Shown in pieces: positions 42,830 to 60,704 of a stretch of 64,000 nt of DNA. The notes below the pieces were generated by a model, which saw nothing but the letters and a program-made list of their open reading frames with translations, searched no databases and was not told where the DNA came from. The DNA comes from the human T2T-CHM13v2.0 reference genome, Homo sapiens. Both the position numbers and the translations under genes were made by a program. Location: the NCBI RefSeq assembly GCF_009914755.1, contig NC_060932.1. The stretch is one strand, 5' to 3'. Positions within the stretch are counted from its first letter, which is position 1, and each line of letters begins with the position of its first letter.

Positions 42830-45250
42830 TCTGACCAAATGATGAAAGGGTCAATGCATCAGAAGGGCATGTAACTGTTATATTGGTACTGTCTATGTGC
42901 CAAATAGTGTTTCAAAGTACAAAAGCAGAGATAATATACTTAAAGGGAGAAAGAGACCTCAGTAACTGATAACAAACCAGATTAAAAATTAGTAAGGAAC
43001 CACTTATATTCTGTCTACAAGGTTGGAAGTTAAAGGATGAATAAAGATACAACCTGCAAAATGAATCCAGCTTTAGCATGTCTATGTGCATTTCGGACAA
43101 AGAAAACAAGGCAAGGAAGCTTACCAGAGACAGTGTGGGGCATTATATAAAAGAGCCAGTTTGTCTTGAGAAACGTATATGCTCCTAATAACATAGCTTC
43201 TGAGTGAAGTAGCAAAAATCAACAGAAGTGAGAAAAATTCCAAACCATAATCGGAGACTTTGTTAGCATTAGTAGACAAAATGTGTAGGATGCTGCTAAA
43301 AGCTGTAAAGAGGACGTATAGCCTTGAAATTTATACAGTAGGAAAAAAAAAAAAAGGTTGAAAAATTTATACATTCTCAAGAAGTTAGAAAAAAACCTAC
43401 CAAGATAAACCCAAAGTAAACACAAGCTAGGAAAAAAAATTGGTTCAAATATGCAGTAGGTGGAATAGACAGGTTTAAAAAGTAAGAGGAGACATTCTGA
43501 AGAATTAAACTGGAGGCCAGACAACTCTAGCCATATGGCTTCAGTCATGAGTTCTACCCAAAATACAAAGAAATACCTATCTTACCAAACTTACACATTT
43601 ATTCCAGGTGCCAAAGAATGTTCATTTCCACCATAGTCCATGGAAGTTATTTGTGGCTATTACTAACCTCTTTTTTGCCAAATCAATAAATGAAAAATAG
43701 CATCTCCTTACTATTTTTGTTTGCAACTTATTATGATGTTCAACACCTAATATTAGCCATTTTTCACTTTCAGTATTTCATCTTTTTTGCTCATTTTCCT
43801 TTTTTCATTTTTAACTTTGTATTTTAATATTACTGTTATACATTATATTTGGTGAGTCTACAGTATATATGATTTATGTATATGTAGAATATTAGAATAT
43901 TTTTGGTAGAATATTATATATATTACATATTAGATTTATATGTATACACATATATAATATATAAATAAATCTAATATAATCTTATATATAATAAATCTAA
44001 TACTTATACACACACAAATATATGTATATTTACTTATCCATTTCTTAATAACTTGTTTTTCAAAAGATGTTTCCACTTTTCTGATAATGCAAACATAACC
44101 TTCTAGCAATTTTACATTTATGTTTAACCCTTGATCCATTTGGCATTTGTTAATATCGTGGGGTAGGGAGTTAAGCTTGGTATTTCACTCAAATGTGACC
44201 AACTGTCTCAACACCATTTTTTTTTAGAACAATGATTCTGTGAATTAGAAATGAAATCTGTCATATATTGATTTTATATTTACACAGCAATCTGTCTCTG
44301 GGCTCTTTTTCAAAGAGTATTTATTCCTATCTGTGTTAAGTAAAGGAATAAATAAAGAGTATTTATTCCTACCTGTGTTAAGTATTTTATACCACAAATC
44401 AATAGATTATAAAATGTTTTGTTAGAAGTCCCACATCTTCCAAATTTCTCATTATTATCATACATTTTTTCTTCCAAATGCATCTTACTTCTTTTTCTTG
44501 ATAGGGATTGTCATGAATTTCGGGAAAGAATGAATGGTCTTATATTTGGGTCTTTCTGGGTTGATAGCATGTCTCCATTTTTTAAAATCTACATCTTTTG
44601 ATTAACCTTTAGTTTTCTTCACAAAGCTCTGTGACACTTCCTGTTAGATGTAATTCCACTTAATAAGCATTGTATTATTTTGTTATTGTGAATGGGCATC
44701 TTTTAAAGATACGATTTCAAAATTAGTGTGGATAGATTACATTGATTTTTGTATAGTCTAGCCATCTTACAGAGCTTTTCTATTCATTCCAAAAGCAGGG
44801 CAAAACCAAAAACCCAAAAACCTTTCGGGTTTTCCCATAATCAAGTTGTCAAAAATGTTTTCTGTCTATTCTCGTATTAGTACTTTATTTCTTAGTCTTG
44901 GTAGTGGGGCTCCTTGTTTTGTTGACTTTAATTAATACTTTTAGTTCACCATTAAGATGTTTCATTGGGAATGCCATCAGATAACTTTAAATATATTTAT
45001 GACATTTACTTTTCCTAGCTTTATTTTTTAAAAATGAATGAGAGCTAACGTTTGTCCTACACAAATTTATCAAATGGCACTCATTGTTAATCATGTTTAT
45101 TTCTTCCTTTAATCTGTTAAAATAGTTAATAGCATTGATATAGTTTTCTAATCATTTTTTGGGGGATCTTTTAAAAATACAATTCCAGGTTGTATTTCCT
45201 AATATTTCACATAGTTTATGATCTAGGTTTCAGGTACTGTACTTGTACTG
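42830..45250. mobile_element. Highly diverged L1 fragments with an AT-rich low-complexity insert at about 43860-44030
   Basis: ORF2-like A-rich plus-strand segment followed by T-rich minus-strand L1-like sequence. Confidence 0.5.
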
Positions 45251-45619
45251 CTTATCAACTATTAAACCATTATGGATATTCTAATGCATGATACGACCTT
45301 CCTAAGCCAGTCAGAAGTCCACATTATTCTTGTAAATGTGTCTGGAGATTTGGGAGTGGAAGGTGGAACAGTATGGTGATGAGTCATCTAGGACTGAATG
45401 GAACTAGATGTGGCTTATATTTGCCATTAAGTTATTAGATAATCCTTTATTTCAAATGTAAAAATTTATAAAATAGGTTATTGGAAGAATTAAATGTTAA
45501 GGTGCTGTCAACAGTGTCAACTACCATATAAATATAATAAATTATTAAATTACAAGGTCTTTTTAAATGCAATTATGAAAGAAGATACAATATAAACACA
45601 TTAAAATCTCTAAAGCCAT

Positions 45620-48600
45620 GTAAAACCCGAAGGCATTAAAATTTATTAAATGATGCAATAACAACAGAATTCTTTATTTACAATAGCATTATTTAACATC
45701 AAATAAGCAAATAGCATCAGCAAAGCAATATTAACTTGCATAAATGTATTTAAAATTTCTCTGAATATATCTACCTTTGCATAAACTGCTCACACTAGAA
45801 ATACAAACATCAATGCAGGTGAACAAAGTGATGTTCAGAGTCAACTCCATTTTGAAAATAAATCACAACCTGAAACACTGTAAGCTTTCTCCTGAAGAAC
45901 CATAGTTAATATATTGCTTAATTTTACCCTTGTATAATCTTTTCATATACACACATCTCAGATGCAACTTCATGAGGAACTGTACAAATAAAACTCACAA
46001 ATGACAAAGGAAAAAAATGACAGTTAAATGTCTGAAGAAATGTATCATCATCACTATTCAAACAACATAAAGGTTAAGTGATGATGCACTTATTCAAAAA
46101 TTGTACACAATTCACTATACAAATATAATACATCGGACAGCTATGTAGGAATATACAAGACTTAAAAACAGATCTAAGGCATTATGCTAGATTTTAGCAT
46201 TTTGAGGTTCTTGCACATAGCTTTTACCTGTAGTAAGAAACTTAAAAGATTTTGCTTTAGTCTATAAAGAAACACCAGGGAGAAAATTCTAATTAAAATC
46301 GAAGCCACTACAGTAATTTTCTTTTGTGCAGAGGATGCTTTGCTCTTAGGCAGCATACCACCATACAAACACTAGAAAATTTTAAATTCACACCAACAAT
46401 TAATGGCTTAAGTTGCATTTCAAAACTGATTGTGTATCTTTGGGTTCTGCAAGTGGATCTGTGCCACCCATTTCATGTGTTAAGCCCATATGAACTCCAT
46501 TTTTGAACACAGATTAAAAATTGCATTATATAAACTGCAAAAACATTGCTTTCAATTATTACAGGCCATAAGAGATACACATAGGGGGAGGGGCATTTTA
46601 ATCTTTGAGTCAAACGAATTCATTGTAGTAAAACAGCTCACTTCACTTTTTAAACTTACCACATTACATGAACACTTAAAATGAGTTTTACAACCAAGTT
46701 AATGTATGTATACTTTTCACATTATGTTTTTCACATTTAGTAATATAAGTGAAACACTGATTATTTGTTCTATTAAACAAAAACCAAGTACTCAGTCTAA
46801 CAAATTTATTGTGTACAGCATGAGAAATACTGATAATGAAGGGAACTGATTTGGCTTTTGCTTCTATAGTGATCAATATGATCAGAGGATTCCTTCACTT
46901 ACTTTTCTTCTCCTAACTAGATGTAAAACAAAATCCATTACCTGATTGAAACCGTAAGAGAATTTATCATCTCTTTTCCTTCAAAACAGCAATGATCACG
47001 AATTATTATAAATTACCAGTATCATGAAGTTGCGGATTTGTCTGAATTAGGATTGACATTAAAATACAGCGGGCAGATGGATAAAAAAGAAGAGATAGGT
47101 AGATAGTTTTGGACGGTGTTGTAGTGAAAAGGGACTTGAAACTCAAAACAAAACAAATCCAGTTTAAACTCCATTTCTCTTTTGTGCTGTGTGAAGTTAA
47201 AAGTCATTCTAATTCACATATTTCTGAACATTAAAACTGGTCACACTGAATTGTATGCCACATGAGCCTCAGCCCACGGGGAGGTCCTGGAGTTCTGGGC
47301 CAACATCTGCTTGTTTTTTCCATCACAGTTGGGCAACCCAATGGTTTGGTGGAGAAAAGTAGAGCCTTTTGAGGGGATATATGAACTGGTGGCCACTGAG
47401 AAGTGTTGTTCCTTGGCCACCTCCCTGTATTGAGACCCCTCTCAAGTGGAAAAAAGTAGCGAAATGCAAATTTCCAGAAAGGTTCTTTAGTATGGAGCAA
47501 CATTTTCAGACTGTCTACTTACCATCTATCTTTGGGCTATATCTCTTCCTATATTTCCATAATGCGTACATATAGAGAGAGATATAAGTATAAATAGGGG
47601 TAGTTTGTACATTTTTCACCCTGCCACAAATAAACAAACAATCAAATTTCAAGGAAAAACTTCTCTGTTCCTAAAAAGCCTGGCTAATGAGATATTATAA
47701 AATGCTTTGCTTTTTAGACATCAAAAAGATATCATTCTGAAATTTAGGTAAGAAAGGTATTAGGGGTTAAGGAGAAATAGCTCAAAAAAGGTCATCAGTT
47801 TCTTGGTATTGGAGTTGTCTGAAACTGACACCTATTAATAAAAGATTTTTCCCCTACCAGAGTGGGCAAGAAAAACAACCATAAAAGTGGCCTGCTTAGT
47901 AACATGTAGTCTTTCTAAGGTTCATTAAGAAAGAATATAAACATATAAAAATCAAGAATTGGTTCCTACAGCGGCTGCATATCATATAGATTAGATAAAT
48001 GACTTATAAGCAGAATCACAAGGTTTAGAAAATAAAAAGTCTTAAGTCTACAAATTAGGTCTAATCAAGGCATTGATATCCTTTACAAAACACCTTTAGG
48101 AGACATTGCTATGAAGATATCTAATTTAATACTGAAGTACCTCATTTTTGAGTCAATTCCACAATATGTATACCTCACAAAAATTATACAATTAAAACAC
48201 ATAAGTTCTCAACTTAAATTATTGCTTGTTTACATATAAATTGGATTTTATGTACCTTACAAAACTTCGGCTTAGTCAGCACTGCTAAAAAACAAAATAA
48301 AAAACACATGGCAGAGGTTAAATCTGTCGTGATATCTGCTATCAATTTAAACACACTGGCGTTTTCTCCCATTTTGGAGGCCAGAGTTGCTGGGGAACAG
48401 AATAAACATGCTTCCAAAGCAGGTATCCTTAGCTCGATTGGTATCAAGCCTTAACTTTGCTCTTCTCCTTGCCAGTAAATGCATTTTTTTTTTCTGAAAT
48501 TCAATACTTAGCAATTGGTAAGTGGCTGGCAAAACATTTAAGGAAATAAAGGGCTTACCTGGTTTCTGTAGCTTATATTATTTTTTAAAAAAGGAATGAA

Positions 48601-49470
48601 AATAGGGAGTATGGGGAATGAGAGAGGGGAAGGGAAGAGTCAGGCTGACAGGGAAGAAGAGATGCTGATTCAAGCTGTCTGATCAAACTAAAAGGGACTT
48701 AATTTAGAAATGAAAATTATTTCTTCTCAATTCATGATTCAGGTGAACCAGTTTGGTTTTAACAAAGAAAAAACAAGGAAAAAATATTTGCTAATGTTAA
48801 CAGCCCTCTCACAGGCTCCTTTTCATCTGTTCAGTAACTGGAGACTCTTTCCAACATGGTCTTTAGAGCTTTCTAGAGATACGACTGTGACTTTGTTGGT
48901 CTTCACGCACTGGGTGTGTCTGTAAATACAGCGCTGTCCACGGTGTCTGTCCTGCTTCCATCCCAAATTCAGGCTTTAGCTTAAAACATCTTTAGTTTAA
49001 TTTTTTAAAAAATTCTTTTCTTTCCCCCAGATAAAATCTTAATCTTTTGCACTAGACTGTTAGCCAGGGAAAACAAAGCAAGAAACCAGTGTCTGGAACC
49101 GAACAGGAACAGAACAAGAGCATGGTTCTCCTTAAATACATACATTTAAATACATTCAATCTGACATGGGTATGAAATTTGCCTGTCAACATTTACTTTT
49201 GCAGGAGAGATCTAAGTTGCACTAAGGTGAATGCAGTGAACAGACTGAGCGACTGTCTGGATGCGAGCTTCAGACTGTCAAGAGAAGAGGCAGCTCCTCC
49301 TGCCACAGCCGAGTGGACGCCACCCTGGGAACCAGGGCCAGGCCTGTCTGCTCTAGCAGAACCGGCTGGCAGGTCAGTTGGGTTGAAACAAATAGACACA
49401 GCTCTCCAGACTGGAAGTGTTTTGAGCAAGTGAGCCCGGTCAGCTGAAGAAGCAACTGGCTTCAGCAGTG
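45620..49470 (-). other. NCOA2: NCOA2 3'UTR (about 3.8 kb)
   Basis: Repeat-free AT-rich sequence following the stop codon and ending at tandem AATAAA signals. Confidence 0.85.
45642..45678 (-). terminator. NCOA2 distal polyadenylation signals
   Basis: AATAAA on minus strand at 45673-45678 and 45642-45647; another at 46805-46810. Confidence 0.75.
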
Positions 49471-49482
49471 TCAGCAATATTT
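49471..49482 (-). CDS. NCOA2: NCOA2 terminal exon coding part (KYC-stop)
   Basis: TTTTCCTACAG|AAA TAT TGC TGA; phase 0 matches the preceding exon. Confidence 0.92.
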   Translation of the reverse strand, partial: KYC

Positions 49483-50974
49483 CTGTAGGAAAACAGATAA
49501 AAAGTTGTGAAACATCTTTGAGGTTTTGAAAAAAACATCATAAAGCCCACCACAAAAACATCAAAATTCCTGACTGTTTTCAATAAAGCAAATCACAGAG
49601 GCCGCATCTGGATGAGTACATTCGATGTGGAGGTGAACAGGCAGAGGGCGCCATTCCTCCCTCCACACAACGCTTCCAGGAGCCAAGGAGGAGCCCAGCG
49701 AATCCTACATGCTATTTCTCGCAGGCCATCGTCTGCAAATGGATGATGAATCTCTCCTTAATGACCGCTCTCCAACCAACAACATCCTAGCTCAATTTCA
49801 TTTCTCCCACCTTCAATAAAGATGACAGAACAATTCACCCAGCTGCTTTTTGGCAGCATCCGATCCAGAAGGGGCCACTGCTTCCTAATTCTTCCTCAAA
49901 TTCATCCAGTACAAACCCTTCTTCTATAAAATGGCCCTCCTGATTTTCCCTAATCAGATACTCCCAAGGTTCTCTGGGTGTGTTCTCCCTGGCTTCAGCA
50001 AGCTAGATCATGATGGGTTTTGACTCCTGGGGTTTTGTATTTTTAGTAGAGATGGGGTTTCACCATGTTGGCCAGGTTGGTCTCAAACTCCTGACCTCAA
50101 GTGATCTGCCCGCCTTGGCCTCTCAAAATGCTGGGATTACAGGTGTGAGGCACTGCACCCGGCCTCTTGGGGTGTTCTTGCTGGTTTTTGGCTGCTATGT
50201 GCTGATGATGTGAATGACTGAATACCAAAGGTTATAGTGAGCAAATTATGTGGCGTTGTTTCTTTGGTTGGTGCAAATATATCTGTCAATGATTTTCTTT
50301 GGCTACCGACTATCTTCCTTCCAAAAGTTTTCATTCACTTAGCAAATATTAATTCAGCATCTATTACATGCTAGGTGCTGGGATATATCCACAACAAGAC
50401 ATTCTTGGTCACTGCTATCACAAAAATTGCCCGACTAGGCAAGGCTGACAACACTGGAGATTATAATTGTACCTTGCTACAAATCAAATTATTACAAATA
50501 ACAACATGATCTGAGTTTGGTTAGTGGAAATACTGTCTGCTTTGGGAACAATTGCTTCTGGGATTTAGATATTTAGACACAGAATTCTAGCCCATCAGGG
50601 CCATTAGAAATTATCTAATTTAAGTAAGATTAGAGAGGAAGCCAGCTCCAAATAATCTATTTTACCTTAGCACTCCAAAAAGAGAGTTCTGGGGAAAGTA
50701 TTGCCAGATCATGAGTTCTAGTGGCCAAAGGTGGAATTACATTAGCCCCTGATCAGGTGCACAATTCTCCTAAGCTTAAAAAATGAGCTTAGAATACCTG
50801 TGATTTTACTTCTCAGAGAAGAACATTTAGCATACTTTATAATATAAAGCTGAATAGATATGTATTCCTAACTTGTGTCACTTTTATGATTTCATATAAA
50901 AACACTCCATGGTGCTGATTAAAATATGAAAAACCCTCAATTTTCCAGTTAGTCTAGAAAAAGTCTACTGAGAA

Positions 50975-52565
<1,591 letters not shown>

Positions 52566-54529
52566 CTAAAGCAAATGAGTCTCTATGACGGACTGTTCTC
52601 TGGCCTTAACAATCAGCATGAAGAAAGTGCAGGTGGATGAGGCAGATTCAAGAGGGGGACTAGAAAAAAACAGGGAAAGTTGACGAGGTTATCAGTGGCC
52701 TGAGCAAGATGGTAACAGAGAGGTGCTGTGTCGCCCAGGCTGGAGTGCAGTGGCTGTTCACAGGTGTAGTCATAGCTCATTGCAGCCTAGAACTCCTGGC
52801 CTCAAGCCACCTGAGTAGCTGTGACTACAAGCGTGCCACCCACTGTGCCTCACCTGAAAGACGCCTTTGCTGGGAAGAGAGAACATCCTATATTTACTGA
52901 AAATTGATGTCTTACATCCTAACACTACTCTTTCCATTTTGGGTTTAAAGGGCCCCCATGGGCCACCAGGATGCACGTGAAGGTGAACCCCTGGTCCTGC
53001 CAGCCTGCCGTGTGGCCCGCACCACAGGGCTGGTTGCAGGCCTACCCCTAAACCCCCAGCCGGGCACTTTCTACCTTGATTGGTCTGGGTCACCAGTTCT
53101 CTAAGTCTTCAGACTAGCTGGTAGCCCTGCATAAATTATCTCATCCTCTGAGATTCAGTCTCATCTGAAATGGTGGGGAACCTTAAATACCTACGAAGGG
53201 CCTGGCACTATCCCTGGTAAATTCGAGGCCAAAAGATTCATTCCCTTCCCTCGCTCTGGGAGGTTCCTCCCTCCTGAGATGAAGAATCCCAATGCCTGAG
53301 GCTGAGGATGCTTCCAAAAATGTAGCTGAATATTTACTGTCTGTCCACATTGTTTATCAATATCTTTCTTGTCCCTTCAAGATCTAAATAGAGAAGGGAG
53401 TGGCACCAAAGAAGAAAATTATCCATTGTTGGCCTTCTCCAATGTTACCTGCATAAAACCCCTTAGAAAAATCTCACAAGCCCTCAGTGTTCCCTTTAGG
53501 GAAGTGGCAGGAGGGTGCAGGGGTTAAGAATGCATATTTGGGGTCAGCCGGCCTGGATTTACTTCCCAGTGTTGTAAGACCTTGATCGAGTCATTAAACT
53601 CTCAAAACAGTAGCTCTACCAGACAGTTGTGGTGTGGTTTAAATGAGGGAATCTAAACAAAACTTTTAATAGAGAATAGGCTTGCAGTAAATGCTCAGTA
53701 CATGTTGGTTGTTTCTGTAAATTTTTAAAAGGCAGAATGTGGGACCATCTCAGTGTTCTGCTTTTATAGTAGGTGAGTCTCTTCTTGGAGGTTACATGGC
53801 AGCTGAAGAAAGAGCACAAGGCAGGGCAGGTCAATTCCTGGGGTTCTTGGGAGACAGGGGTGGCAGACGGGGCCCATGCAATATTTGAGGGCCTTACCCT
53901 ACGGAGTGGCTTTCTCGGGGCACCTGCTCTGCTGGAGCCCTGGCCTAGGTGGCTAGCATGCAGCCGCATGATGAAGGGTGAGGCAGGGAGGTCTAATCTC
54001 ACTGTGGTGAATTCAGGGAGGGAGACGTAAGCCTGGCCTCCCAAATCCATTTTTCTCCCATAGAGATATGATACGCTCAGAGGTTGAGCTCCCTGGCACT
54101 TTTGGGTTAAAATGGCCCCTCTGTGGGAGCCCAATTATCAGTAACATCACTGTTCTTCTGGGAAGTGCATTCCTGATTTCAACTTCTGCACATAAGCCAC
54201 GACTGAGTTGTGTGGCCACTCATTTCCTGTACTCAGTGGAGGAGAGAACAGGATTGGCACCAGGAAAGACACCAGCCCCTCTAGGTATATACAGACAACA
54301 TCTACAGGACTCCCACCAACAGCCAGCACCTCTGCCACTCGGGACTGTGATTCTTAAAAACAAGAGAAACCGCATGGAGAATATGCACACAGTAAGTTAA
54401 AATCTGGAGCAAACTTATGCTATTACTTTCTCAACTTGAATGCTAGTATTAACCAAATCATCAAATACCCACTTTTTTTTGGGAGGAAACTGAACAACAA
54501 CCTTGTACTGTCTCTACTGGGGGAGGATT

Positions 54530-56652
<2,123 letters not shown>

Positions 56653-57140
56653 CTAGATTGTTCCTAAACACAACGAAATATAGAAAACCCTTAAGAAGAC
56701 TTAATTAAGGGAGTGAACAATGTAAGTTAATTCCTCTTAATCCTCCTAAAAATCTAGCCTTATAATTCAGAAATAGCAAAAATAAAAGTTTGCCCTAACA
56801 CAACTAATTATTTGCCACATTATTTCTTCCTTTGCTATCATAGTATCATTCCAGGGCAAAATTACTGTTCTTTTGTTGGCTACGAAGACTACAGAAAAAA
56901 AAGATAAATAAATAAAAAAAAATTTAGTGTTCTTAATTCATATGGTACCATTAGCTGAGTTAAAATGAGCTTAAAGAAATAATCATTCACACAAAAGCAC
57001 TGTATGCCAGATGAAACCAGAAGATATTTTACGATTATCTTTAATCTACTGGTTGACAATATATCTATGCCACTTTTGGTCTATCAAATATTCATGTTTG
57101 CTTTACTTCCATATTCATATATTTCACTGTTCTTTCTTAC

Positions 57141-57230
57141 CCGTGTTGTGTCTCCCTCCTGCTTAATCATATCCATTCCAGGCAGCTGGTTTGGGAACAG
57201 GTTGCCTCCCCTCAGAGCAGGATCATTAAC
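57141..57230 (-). CDS. NCOA2: NCOA2 penultimate exon (90 nt)
   Basis: Translates [35 protein letters not shown] acceptor, GTAAGA donor. Confidence 0.95.
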
Positions 57231-58113
57231 CTAAGGACAAGAAGACAGGACAGTGGCTACGCAGAGCAGAATGTCCAAGAGTGCACTGGAAAACAAGTGG
57301 CCGCCGCCCTTCCTCTGTTTTTAGGGGTGTAAAAACGGGGAAAAGGAACTGCAGAACAATGGCCTCATCCTACACAAGCTCTCCCATGTACGTATTTTGC
57401 GGAGTCTAGAGGAACATGAAAATACTCATGAAATACTAGCTGCCTTCAAAATTAACCTTTATCTGCATGCTGTACAGAAATCAAATTCAATTGACTTAAT
57501 AATAATAGAGCCATTTTTGTGCCATAACCAGCATGCTTTCTTGGCTTATTCAAATTAGACCAATGACTCACATTTGGGACTTTGAAGTCATCTGAGAAAT
57601 TCCTGACATCTTTGCTACTTAGGCAAGTTATTAATTATCAAGAGCAAGTGTAAATACCCAAACTAGTGCTGGACTTTGTCAATTTACTCTGACCAAATGG
57701 ACTATTCATTTGCATTTGTACATTTCTTTACACATTAGAAAGTAAATTTGCAAATGCTAATAGAATAATGATTTTTGTAGGAAGACACACTGCAGTTGTG
57801 CCTTGGGGCTTCCAAATTAACCATGGGATTCAAATGGTTTAAAATCATGCAGAAGTTTCAAAACAATCTGGATTGTTAAAAATACATCAAATAAAAATGC
57901 ATCAATTCATTGCTGAGCAGACTGGACTAAGATCGTATTACACTAGACTATCTCAGTAGCCCTTACTTTGTACGCTTTTCCTCAGCAAGCAAATTAGGAG
58001 TCATTAGTGGCCCATTTTTGCAGGAAATAAAACATCAACCCTACATTTCTCCATTGAAGAAATAAAAGCATAGATATCTCTCTATAAACACACGCATATA
58101 TTTTAAGAGATAG

Positions 58114-58358
<245 letters not shown>

Positions 58359-59722
58359 TAGCTGGGATTATAGGCACAAGCCAACATGCCAGGCTAAAAG
58401 TCTGTATTTCTTTATGTCTGCTTAATGTATCCAAATAAGCATTTAACTGCCATCAATTCAACAACAGAAGTGTAAGTTATTACTACAAGCACACAACCTT
58501 CTTAAAATGCAAAGGGCTTTAAATTTTCTCATGTACCACTTTCCATTTTTATTAATCGTTTTAAATAAAACACGGAAGCTCTGTAATAGTTCTTAAAATT
58601 TTCACAAAAATTGTGGTCTACTAACAGAATTAAATAGATCTAATCAAACTCTTCAATCTTTCACCATTCTCACAATCTTGTTCTAACAGACATTCACAGA
58701 CCTGTCAGTGATTTCATGCTTAAGTCATTTACACTTTCCATACTGCACTTTCTCCTTATATGAAATAAGAGTCAAGGTCTTGCCATATTTTTTACTTGTG
58801 TGAACTACTGAGGATCAGTGGTAGAGTGGTCAGCATTTTGGGCCTTTAAAAACAAGATCTTCTGTAAATACCATGGTACAATTATTAACCTCTACTTTTA
58901 CCTCTGAATCAGCCACAGATTTTTGGATTCCAGGCTGGCTACTGCTATCTCAAATGCTTTGAGTCTCTCTGCCATCTAGTGAAGTTAGGAACAGAATCAT
59001 TTTGATGTTGTTCAACGCAAAACAATTATTTTAAAAAATCATTGCCTTCACGTTCCAAAGTAAAAAGAATAGTTTTTGGATTATCTGTGTCGGTCTCTTT
59101 GCATAAATGAAGGATCATTTCAAACTAACTGGATGGCAGGTAGTTTGGCCTTTGCTTTTCATCTGGTTTTACACTTAGAAATAAATCCATTATTAAACTA
59201 TAATCCTCTAGCCGGGCACGGTAGTATGTGCCTATAATCCCAGCTACCCAGGAGGCTGAGGTGGGAGGACTGCTTGAGCCGGGAGACGGATGTTGCAGTG
59301 AGCCAAGATAGTGCCACTGCGCTCCAGCCTAGGTGACAGAGTGAGACTCTCTATCAAACAAAACAAAACCCCCCCAAACGATAACCCCCAAATAGAGCTA
59401 TTTTAAAAGTACACTCACTATTTCATCTTTAGAGATTCATTTTAGATACTGGTGAATTCCTCAAGAGAAAAATGTCAATGATAAGAAAGTTACAAAATAT
59501 TTTAAAAGCTCCTCAAGCAGTCAGGAATCCTTTCTGTTTATTTAATCATTAACAAAGATTTTTATTAATGTCACTAACACAGGTGAAGGGTGAAAAACAC
59601 TCCTCAAAGTAAATGTGGGAGTTGGTGGCTAAAGTCAGATACATGGAAAGATATATTTGATGCAGAAGTAGAAAAAAAGCCGTGATATGAAGCCACTGGG
59701 TTGCTTCTCCTTGGGCACTCAC

Positions 59723-59921
59723 CTGCTCGGGACCCATGGAGGACAGCCCTGACGTAGGCACGGAGGTCACTGAGGTCATGCTGATCTGTCCTGTCATCTG
59801 GTTCATGCTGCTCATGCCACCTGTGTTGGTCGCCATGGACACATTGATGTTCATGTTGTTACTGTACATGCTGGTGTTTGCTTGCTGCCCAAAGTGTGGT
59901 GGGGACTGCTGGGAAAACATG
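59723..59921 (-). CDS. NCOA2: NCOA2 exon (199 nt), AD2 region
   Basis: Translates [73 protein letters not shown] acceptor, GTGAGT donor. Confidence 0.96.
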
Positions 59922-60526
59922 CTGGAATACAATGGAAAGATTGAATGAATGTTACAGCTTGCTGGTATCCAGAGGCAGGCAGCTCAGGGCACTTGTTTCT
60001 CAGGCGTTTACTCTGAGTGAATAAACCTGAACTGCATGAACCCAGGCTGAGACAGCCGGCAGGTGGTGGGCTTGCTGAAGCCGAGACAGCAGGGGAAGTG
60101 GCATTCAATGAAGCTGTGGGGGCAATTCTGTGTGTTGCTGTGATAAATGATCACCAGGGAAACTTTCTATAGACTACCTGTCTCCTTTCTTTCTTTCTGT
60201 TTTTTTTTTTTTAAAGTCTTTGCTCATGCAAGCGATATCAAGCAAACTTCTAAATAAGCCAGTTTACTTTTCCTAGAGCAGGAGTCACTAGAATTTACAA
60301 AAGCTTAGCAAGGAACATTCTTTGGAGGAACAAGAACATCCCTAACAAGGTACCACCGACCAATTTATGATAGAAATTGCTGTGGAAGGCGGTGACCTAG
60401 AAGCCATCCTTTATCACTACGTTTGATAAAAACAAACAGAAAGCTCCTCGGGTGCAGGCATGAAGGTGGGGGATGTCCTTCAGCTGTCACAGTGGCGGTA
60501 TGAAAAGGAGAAGGATTTGCGGTTAC

Positions 60527-60704
60527 CTGTTTCCGCCCATGTTCCCCTGCGCCCATCCATTTATGTCGGAGGGGGCCTGATAGGCTGGGTTGGCCTGAGA
60601 CTGTTGCATCATGGGACTCTGTGTATGTGCCATTCGGGGTGACATAAGTGGGCTCTGGGGAGTCGTAGCCCCAGTAAAGCCTGGATCAGGTTGCTGACTT
60701 ATTC
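60527..60704 (-). CDS. NCOA2: NCOA2 exon (178 nt)
   Basis: Translates [66 protein letters not shown] acceptor, GTAACC donor. Confidence 0.95.

Noticed and set aside
49193-49477. 94-aa ORF overlapping the NCOA2 stop as an alternative C-terminus
   Set aside because: It is out of frame with the phase-0 junction, has a non-ATG start, and no supporting splice site was seen.
59922-60113. Alternative upstream acceptor (CCCCCACAG) extending the 199-nt NCOA2 exon
   Set aside because: In the NCOA2 frame it hits TAA after about 35 codons; the 85-aa ORF in the track is in a different frame.
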